The position numbers and the translations under genes were made by a program. Positions 36,162-42,598 of a stretch of DNA of 42,598 nt are shown here, piece by piece. The notes under the pieces are model-generated. The model made no database searches and was not told the DNA's origin. It saw only the letters and a program-made list of their open reading frames with translations. This stretch comes from Bacteroidota bacterium (GTDB lineage: Bacteria > Bacteroidota > Bacteroidia > AKYH767-A > 2013-40CM-41-45). The first letter of the stretch is position 1; the number at the start of each line of letters is the position of its first letter. The stretch covers positions 1 to 42,598 of the forward strand of contig JANLOW010000343.1 in NCBI GenBank assembly GCA_031366785.1, given 5' to 3'.

Positions 36162-38759
36162 ATGCATTTTTTAAATCCACGCTCATTTCTTCGCTTATTT
36201 TTAACTTTTTCGCTTGCAATTTTCAATTGTTCAACGATAAAAGCTGGATATTTCGAAAAAGTTTATGGCAATGATTTAAATATAAACGGTGTTTTTTTTG
36301 CTTTAACATCCGATCACGGTGTAGTTGTTCTTGGAAATGCTGCTGATTCAATATCAAAAACAAATGGATATTATATTTTAAAGATTGACAGCAATGGTTC
36401 TGTTGTTTGGCAGAAAAAAATTATTGATAATTACAATGCCTTCGGATATTCCATTACTACGCTTAAAGATGGAAAGATAGTAGTCTTGGGAACACATACC
36501 GGTGTATTATACCCTATTGTTGCTGAAGTATTAGTACTCGACAGTTTAGGAAGTATAATAAATTCATCTGTTTATCCACCGTTTAATGGATGGGGTACTG
36601 CAGGAGTAGCATTAACAAATTCAAGCGATTCGACTGTTTCAATTACCCTTTATAATGATGGTTTTATTTCAAATAATTATTATTCTATTTTCTCTTTAAA
36701 TGCAGATCTTAGCACTCAATGGAGTGATTTTGTAAGTTTTGATGGGTCTTTCACAAATTCTCATGGTATTTCTGCAGTAAAAGATAAATACATTTATACA
36801 ATCTCCTATTACGATAATTATTTCTATTCCGTCAATCAATTAACAAGGGTTACATCAGTTACCAAGCATGATGAAATGGGTGTACGTATGCTGGATTCTA
36901 TTTATGAGTTTAATTGCATTACAACTTCAGTTTCTGCAACTAGTGACGAAGGAGCAATTATTTGTGGTATTCAAGACACATCCATGCAGAATGATATGGT
37001 CCTAATTCGTATTGATAGTTCTGGAAATGTTTTATGGCAAAAACAGTATGGCAGTAATTTGAATGAAGAAACAAATACGGTAATTGAAACGATAGACCAT
37101 GGATTTGTATTATTGTCAACCATTGATGATCCGATTATTCCCGGACAACACGAGCTCTTACTATTAAAAATAAATGCCAACGGAGATAGCCTATGGTCTA
37201 GAAAATTTGGCGGTATACTTGATGAGAAGGGATTGCATTTGTTGGAAGATGGATCAGATCTTTACATTTTAGGGTCTACAAACAGTTACAAAAAGGATCA
37301 TATCTTTATTATTAAAACGGATTCAACAGGAATTATTCAGTCGACTTACAAAATAACATCAGGCAGAAGGTATAATTGTGTAGGAGATACTGTTTTACTT
37401 TATCTAAATCCTAATCCCGCTCCAGACAAAAATATTTTCTGGTCTAACGGCGATACTTTAAATCCGGCTCGCGTAACTGTTTCCGGAAATTATTCTGCAA
37501 TTATCTCAGATACTTCCGGAAATACTTTTCAAACTTCATTTGCATCTGTTTATTTTTCTGAGCTTCCCAATGCTTCATTTGGTATAGATACTTTGAGACT
37601 TTGTTCAGGATCATTTCTCGCTGATACATTTATTTCTGAACTTACCAATACTTATCAATGGTATTTCAACAATCAACTTTTGCAATATGAAACTAATTCT
37701 TATTTAACTCCACCAGCGAAAGGGATGTATCAACTTATTGTTAAAAATTATTGTGCAAGCGATACTGGAAAATCCTATGTTGATACATTGTATCGGAATC
37801 CTGATCAGCCGGTCATCGTTTCACCTACTGTAAATTATGTATGTGCCGGAGATAGTTTGCAGTTATCATTTAATAATAAACCCGGAGAAACGTATCAATG
37901 GTATTCATCCGATTACCTGAATAATTATTTAATTCCAGGAGAAACGGATACTGTTTTTTATGCCCATGAAAATAATTTATTCCTTGTTGTTGCTACCGAT
38001 TTAAACGGTTGTTCAACTCCTTCATCTCCAAAATCAGTTTCCTTTGATCTCGGAGAAGAATTTATTGATATTAATGGCCCTTCCGGCTTTTGTAAAGGTG
38101 GTGAAGTAGAATTATCAATATCACCCGCAACCAACATTTTATGGTCAGAAGGAGATACCACTCAATCAATAACTGTTTCTGTTTCCGGTGAATATTATGT
38201 TACATTCATTAATAAAAATGGTTGCTTAAAAATGACTGATACAATAGATATTATCGTTTATAATAATCCTATAGTAGAACTGGGCCCCGATACAAATCTT
38301 TGCAGCGATGCTGATCTATTGCTTGATGCCGGTCAGGGATTTACTAACTATTTCTGGAGTGATGCTTCAACCGACAGGAGTTTTCTTGCTACATCAAATG
38401 GCCCATTTCCTGACACATCAGATTTTTTTGTATTCGTAACAGATTCAAATGGTTGTACCAATGGAGATACATTAAGGATAGTTTTCGACCTCTGCGATGC
38501 GATCAGTGAAATAGGAAAAGAAACAATATCTGTTTATCCGAATCCGTTATCAACCGGTGAAACTTTGAATATATCAGGAGGTGACAATGAAAATTATACA
38601 ATTTTCATTTCTGATGTTTTAAATAGAAAAATACTTAAAACGAAGTTTATAGAACAATTAAGGTTAAATGAAACAAATACATTAATGAAAGGTATATACT
38701 TCTATAATATATTTAATGACAATAAAGCGCTTAAATCCGGGAAATTAATCATAAATTAA
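36162..38759 (+). CDS. T9SS type A sorting domain protein: beta-propeller-like repeats plus Ig-like domains
   Basis: Signal peptide; repeats KIDSNG.V.WQK, RIDSSGNVLWQKQYG, KINANGDSLWSRKFGG; Ig-like C.G....L...YQW...G.Y.V...NGC units; C-terminal VYPNP...KGIYFY...GKLIIN. Confidence 0.87.
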   Translation: MHFLNPRSFLRLFLTFSLAIFNCSTIKAGYFEKVYGNDLNINGVFFALTSDHGVVVLGNAADSISKTNGYYILKIDSNGSVVWQKKIIDNYNAFGYSITTLKDGKIVVLGTHTGVLYPIVAEVLVLDSLGSIINSSVYPPFNGWGTAGVALTNSSDSTVSITLYNDGFISNNYYSIFSLNADLSTQWSDFVSFDGSFTNSHGISAVKDKYIYTISYYDNYFYSVNQLTRVTSVTKHDEMGVRMLDSIYEFNCITTSVSATSDEGAIICGIQDTSMQNDMVLIRIDSSGNVLWQKQYGSNLNEETNTVIETIDHGFVLLSTIDDPIIPGQHELLLLKINANGDSLWSRKFGGILDEKGLHLLEDGSDLYILGSTNSYKKDHIFIIKTDSTGIIQSTYKITSGRRYNCVGDTVLLYLNPNPAPDKNIFWSNGDTLNPARVTVSGNYSAIISDTSGNTFQTSFASVYFSELPNASFGIDTLRLCSGSFLADTFISELTNTYQWYFNNQLLQYETNSYLTPPAKGMYQLIVKNYCASDTGKSYVDTLYRNPDQPVIVSPTVNYVCAGDSLQLSFNNKPGETYQWYSSDYLNNYLIPGETDTVFYAHENNLFLVVATDLNGCSTPSSPKSVSFDLGEEFIDINGPSGFCKGGEVELSISPATNILWSEGDTTQSITVSVSGEYYVTFINKNGCLKMTDTIDIIVYNNPIVELGPDTNLCSDADLLLDAGQGFTNYFWSDASTDRSFLATSNGPFPDTSDFFVFVTDSNGCTNGDTLRIVFDLCDAISEIGKETISVYPNPLSTGETLNISGGDNENYTIFISDVLNRKILKTKFIEQLRLNETNTLMKGIYFYNIFNDNKALKSGKLIIN

Positions 38760-38774
38760 CACCTGTAAATGGCT

Positions 38775-38782
38775 TATCTTTG
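38775..38782 (+). promoter_or_regulatory. Putative -7 promoter element giving a very short leader
   Basis: TATCTTTG ends 7 nt before ATG 38790. No clear -33 element. Confidence 0.5.
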
Positions 38783-38789
38783 ATGGGTA

Positions 38790-39206
38790 ATGAAAAAGAT
38801 TCGTATTAATTTTTTAATTTATTTTATTTCTGCTTCAATATTGATTTCTGGTAATGGAATAGTGTTAGCAATCCATACTTGTATGTCGTCATCTTCTAAA
38901 GATATTTCTTTTTTTAATGACCCATCCTGCTGTTCAAAAAAAGATAAATCATGTAATTCGGATTGCGATAAAAACAAACATGAGAATTCCTTTTCTTCAA
39001 AATGTTGCACCTCCGAAGTCGCTTATCATAAAATTAATGCACCTTTTTTACCGCAAAAATCTCTTTCAATTCCTTCTATTAATTTAATCACCCTCCCTCT
39101 TTTTTCTTTTAAATCAAATGTAAATTGTCAAACCAATGACCTAGGTTTTAACCCTCTTGTTATCCCTTTATCTTTACAATTTACCCATCAACAGTTATTG
39201 ATTTGA
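38790..39206 (+). CDS. HYC_CC_PP-like Cys/His-rich small protein
   Basis: Hydrophobic N-terminus, then HTC, SCC, C...C and KCC; Pro-containing C-terminus ending QQLLI*. Lies directly upstream of a TonB-dependent receptor and an HMA gene. Confidence 0.75.
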   Translation: MKKIRINFLIYFISASILISGNGIVLAIHTCMSSSSKDISFFNDPSCCSKKDKSCNSDCDKNKHENSFSSKCCTSEVAYHKINAPFLPQKSLSIPSINLITLPLFSFKSNVNCQTNDLGFNPLVIPLSLQFTHQQLLI

Positions 39207-39280
39207 GAGTTTAAGTGTTTTATATAATTTACTATATTACAGTAGTTTAAAGCATTTAATTAATCAATTTTACTCCTCAA
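39203..39280 (+). promoter_or_regulatory. Intergenic RNA stem-loop linking the upstream stop codon to the receptor translation initiation region
   Basis: TTGAGAGT (39203-39210) pairs with ACTCCTCAA (39272-39280, one bulge). TTAAGTGTTTTA (39211-39222) pairs with TAAAGCATTTAA (39248-39259, two G-U pairs). Inner TACT/AGTA stem. Confidence 0.6.
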
Positions 39281-39283
39281 GCA

Positions 39284-41482
39284 ATGACAAAAAAAATCCT
39301 GTTATTATTTTTATTTTTTTCAATCAAACAAGTATCCGGTCAAATTAAAATTGCCGGAAACGTAATTGAAAATATTCATTCAAAAGAAGCTCCACTTATA
39401 GGAGCAAGCGTATATTTTATTCCGGGAAATCAAGGAGTATTTACAGACACTCTTGGAGGTTTTTCATTAAATCTAACCAATGGTTTTCCGGCTGTATTAG
39501 TAATCAGTTTTCCAGGATTTACTAATGATACTCTTGAAATCAATTCAACGGAACCTGTCAGAATACTTCTTAAAAAGTCTGTCAACCTCAAAGAAGTAGA
39601 TGTAACCGCCAGAAAGGAAGCTCTTGCAATATCAACGTTAAATCCGATAAATTCAATAAAGATTACTCAGGTAGAATTATTAAAAGCGGCTTGTTGTAAT
39701 CTTTCCGAAGCCTTCGAAACAAATCCATCCGTAAACGTTGCTTATAAAGATGCAGTTACAGGTGTTAAAGAAATTCAATTACTCGGTTTGGGAGGTATTT
39801 ATGTTCAGTTGCAGAGTGAAAACATTCCGGATATGCACGGTTTAGTTGGTATTTACGGTCTCACTTTCATACCGGGACCATGGATAGAATCTATTCAACT
39901 TACAAAAGGTTCCGGGTCGGTAATAAACGGTTATGAATCAACAACGGGGCAAATAAATGTCGAATTTAAAAAACCAATGGATATGGAACAACCTCGTTTT
40001 TTCCTTAATCTGTTTGGAGACGAAAGAGGAGGAATGGAAGCAAATATAATTTTAAAACATAAGTTTAGCTCTCTTTGGAGTTCGATGCTTATGCTCCATG
40101 GAAGGAGGATGAATAATGAAATAGACAGGAACAATGATGGCTTTATGGATATTCCGGATAATAGTTCAATAAATATTTACAACCGTTGGAATTATCATAA
40201 CGCCAATAAGCGGGAAGCACAAATTAATTTGAAATTACTTTCAGATGAAATACGAGGAGGTCAAATTTCCGATGTAAAATCCACTGAATTGTACAAAACA
40301 ATGGTAAAAACAAAAAGGGCAGAATTATCCGGTAAACTCGGCTTTATTTATAAGGATAAACCGTTTAAAAGTATAGGTAATATTTTCCAGATATCCGTCC
40401 ATGATATGAAATCTTCTTTCGGTTTAAAAAATTACAATGCTACGGAAAGTACATTTTATCTACAGAGCATTTATCAGAATATCCTTTGGCAAAGCAATCA
40501 TCAGTACAAGGCCGGATTTACTTATCGATATAATTATTTGGAACAACATTTTTCAGGACTTCCTGTAAAAACAGAAGAAAAAATTCCGGGGATTTTCTTT
40601 GAATATACTTATAATTATCTTGATAAATTTACACTTATAAGCGGTGTACGCGAAGATATTCAGAAGAATGGAAAATTCGTTTTTATACCTCGTCTTCATG
40701 GTAAGTATAATTTTTCGGAAAATTTTATTGTTCGTTTTAGCGGAGGAAAAAGTTACCGCCTTCCATATGAAATAGCCGATCATTTATCTGTGCTTGCTTC
40801 ATCCCGGCAAATAGTTTTTGATGAAAAAATTAATCCTGAAAAGGCATGGAATTATGGTATAAATTTTACGAAAAAATTTAGCATTGTTTCTCATGAATTA
40901 ACTTTCAGCACAGATGCTTATCGTACTGAATTTATCAATCAACTTGTTGTGGATTCATATACTGATTCAAATAAAATATTTTTTAATAACCTCTATGGAA
41001 AATCTTATAGTAATAGTTTGCAATTCACATTAAATATAGAACTCTTTGAAAAATTAAATCTGCGACTCGCCTATAAATTTGAAGATGTACGTACTACGTT
41101 TAATGGAAAAACAGAACAGCAACCTTTAGTTTCGAAAAATCGTGCATTAGGAACAATATCCTATGCCACTTCGGATGACCATTGGAGATTTGATTACACG
41201 CTTGTTTTGGAGGGTAAGAAAAAACTTCAAAATGTTTATTATGATTCGGAAAATAATGGCAAACAATTTTCTCCTTCATTTGTGATTATGAACTTTCAGG
41301 CAACAAAAGTTTTTCGTAAATTTGAATTGTATGCAGGCGCTGAAAATCTCTTCGATTTCCGTCAATTAAATCCAATCATTCATCCTGAAAATCCTTTTGG
41401 AAATTCTTTCGACGCAACTAATATATGGGGCCCGATTCAAGGCAGAAGAATTTATGCAGGGATCAGACTTTCTATAAGTTAA
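39284..41482 (+). CDS. TonB-dependent receptor, heavy-metal-locus type
   Basis: Signal peptide; carboxypeptidase-regulatory-like N-domain (PLIGASV...G..TD..G.FSL); plug ELLKAACCNLSEAFETNPSV, IESIQLTKG.GSV.NGYE; barrel end ENLFD...WGP..GR..YAGIR. Confidence 0.92.
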   Translation: MTKKILLLFLFFSIKQVSGQIKIAGNVIENIHSKEAPLIGASVYFIPGNQGVFTDTLGGFSLNLTNGFPAVLVISFPGFTNDTLEINSTEPVRILLKKSVNLKEVDVTARKEALAISTLNPINSIKITQVELLKAACCNLSEAFETNPSVNVAYKDAVTGVKEIQLLGLGGIYVQLQSENIPDMHGLVGIYGLTFIPGPWIESIQLTKGSGSVINGYESTTGQINVEFKKPMDMEQPRFFLNLFGDERGGMEANIILKHKFSSLWSSMLMLHGRRMNNEIDRNNDGFMDIPDNSSINIYNRWNYHNANKREAQINLKLLSDEIRGGQISDVKSTELYKTMVKTKRAELSGKLGFIYKDKPFKSIGNIFQISVHDMKSSFGLKNYNATESTFYLQSIYQNILWQSNHQYKAGFTYRYNYLEQHFSGLPVKTEEKIPGIFFEYTYNYLDKFTLISGVREDIQKNGKFVFIPRLHGKYNFSENFIVRFSGGKSYRLPYEIADHLSVLASSRQIVFDEKINPEKAWNYGINFTKKFSIVSHELTFSTDAYRTEFINQLVVDSYTDSNKIFFNNLYGKSYSNSLQFTLNIELFEKLNLRLAYKFEDVRTTFNGKTEQQPLVSKNRALGTISYATSDDHWRFDYTLVLEGKKKLQNVYYDSENNGKQFSPSFVIMNFQATKVFRKFELYAGAENLFDFRQLNPIIHPENPFGNSFDATNIWGPIQGRRIYAGIRLSIS

Positions 41483-41521
41483 ATGAAAAATAAAATGTCA
41501 ATTATTAAAAAATTAAAACCA

Positions 41522-41845
41522 ATGAAAAGCATAGCTTCCTTAATATTTATTTTCCTCTTTCTGATAAAACCTGTTTTCTCTCAAATGGACACGGTTAGAA
41601 TTCAAACTTCTGCTATTTGTGAAATGTGTAAAAAGACATTAGAGAAAGATTTGTCATTCGAAAAAGGTGTCTCCAAATCAACTTTAAACCTCGATGATAA
41701 AATTTTAACAGTCATTTATAATCCTAAAAAAACAGATGCTGATAAAATTCGATTAGCAATTACTAAATCAGGTTACGATGCTGATTCTTTAAAAGCCGAT
41801 CTAAAAGCGTTCAACCGTTTGCCTGATTGCTGTAAAAAAGAGTAG
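41522..41845 (+). CDS. Exported heavy-metal-associated (HMA, CopZ/MerP-like) protein
   Basis: Signal peptide from M41522 (upstream in-frame ATGs at 41483 and 41495); CEMC (CxxC), AI...GYDA and C-terminal LPDCCKK. Confidence 0.88.
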   Translation: MKSIASLIFIFLFLIKPVFSQMDTVRIQTSAICEMCKKTLEKDLSFEKGVSKSTLNLDDKILTVIYNPKKTDADKIRLAITKSGYDADSLKADLKAFNRLPDCCKKE

Positions 41846-41866
41846 CGTGTTTATAAAAAAATCAAA

Positions 41867-42598
41867 TCAATACTTTGATTTTTTAGACTTGTCTTCATAT
41901 ACTTTTTCTCCATTTACATAGGTTGCCAATACTTTCGTTTTTGGTATATCCTTATCATCAATGGTCATCAGATCTTTGTTTAGAATAACAAAGTCAGCGT
42001 ACTTTCCTTCTTCGAGTGAACCTTTTTCTTCCTCTTCAAAGTTTGCATAAGCAGCCAGAATTGTCATTCCTTTAATTGCATCTTTTCGTTTTAATTTATT
42101 TTCCGGTTGAAAACCATTTTTAGGAAATCCTTTGAGGTCTTTTCTTGCCACAGCTGCATAAAAGGTATATATAGGACTAATATTTTCTACCGGAAAATCT
42201 GTTCCCAAAACTATAATTCCATCCGCTTCATCATGTATATCCTGATAAGCATAAGCATAAGACATGCGTTCAGATCCCAATCTTTCTTCCGCCCAATACA
42301 TATCACTTGTTGCATGTGTAGGTTGAACAGATGGTATTATCGAATATTCACTAAAAAATTTTCTGTCTTTAGGATCTAATACCTGGCAATGTTCAATTCT
42401 CCATCGTCTGTGATTTTCTGTAGATAGATGATCTGAATATACTTTTAAAATTACCTTATTGGCAGAATCACCGATGGCATGCGTACACAATTGAAAACCA
42501 TGAGTTATTGCTTCATCTGCTATTCGATTAAAATAATCAACAGAATGTAAAAGAAAACCAAAATGTCCTTTCTGATCACTGTATTCTTTTTTCAGACA
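41867..42598 (-). CDS. Amidohydrolase 3 family (YtcJ-like), C-terminal part (5' end outside window)
   Basis: Frame is open to the window edge (CLKKEYSD...GFQLCTHAIGD); RWRIEH.Q, SVQPTH, GTDFPVE and GSLEEGKYADFVIL. Confidence 0.93.
   Translation of the reverse strand, partial: CLKKEYSDQKGHFGFLLHSVDYFNRIADEAITHGFQLCTHAIGDSANKVILKVYSDHLSTENHRRWRIEHCQVLDPKDRKFFSEYSIIPSVQPTHATSDMYWAEERLGSERMSYAYAYQDIHDEADGIIVLGTDFPVENISPIYTFYAAVARKDLKGFPKNGFQPENKLKRKDAIKGMTILAAYANFEEEEKGSLEEGKYADFVILNKDLMTIDDKDIPKTKVLATYVNGEKVYEDKSKKSKY

Noticed and set aside
408-42379. Numerous 60-130-aa ORFs in the track that overlap larger genes (e.g. 965..1327, 6419..6715, 15070..15444, 30630..31022, 42107..42379)
   Set aside because: They are antisense or out-of-frame shadows of well-supported genes and carry no recognisable motifs. 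The apparent repeat in 6419..6715 only mirrors the 75-bp repeats on the other strand.

Overview
AT-rich chromosomal segment of a Bacteroidota genome. Support for the assignment: TAnnTTTG -7 promoter motifs, A-rich translation starts lacking Shine-Dalgarno sequences, and three proteins with type IX secretion (T9SS) C-terminal sorting domains. It holds about 29 genes. In order: the end of tag; a secreted beta-propeller/PKD protein; a small islet with GTAG-containing REP-like repeats and an unlisted 58-aa membrane ORF; a CoA-pyrophosphatase Nudix gene and an ABC exporter; an unanchored TonB-C protein; a large Cys-repeat/dockerin-like secreted protein; a PNGase F-related T9SS protein; a PA0069 radical SAM; a DUF922-type protein; rmuC-GWxTD-rlmB-GT39; a UbiD-family menaquinone decarboxylase and plsC; fasciclin; a DUF6056-like membrane protein; a nitronate monooxygenase divergent from a beta-oxidation cluster (fadD-fadN-MORN protein-fadA-M20 hydrolase-fadE); another T9SS protein; a HYC_CC_PP / TonB-dependent receptor / HMA metal locus; and a truncated amidohydrolase. 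I saw no rRNA, tRNA, CRISPR array, prophage or intact transposase. Two candidates for unexplored biology stand out. (1) A long RNA stem-loop runs from the stop codon of the Cys-rich HYC_CC_PP ORF to 3 nt before the receptor start codon, the geometry of a leader-peptide translational switch. (2) A PM20D1/CPS-like exported M20 hydrolase sits inside the beta-oxidation cluster, suggesting N-acyl amino acid (aminolipid) salvage. All family assignments come from motif recognition by eye; no database searches were run.
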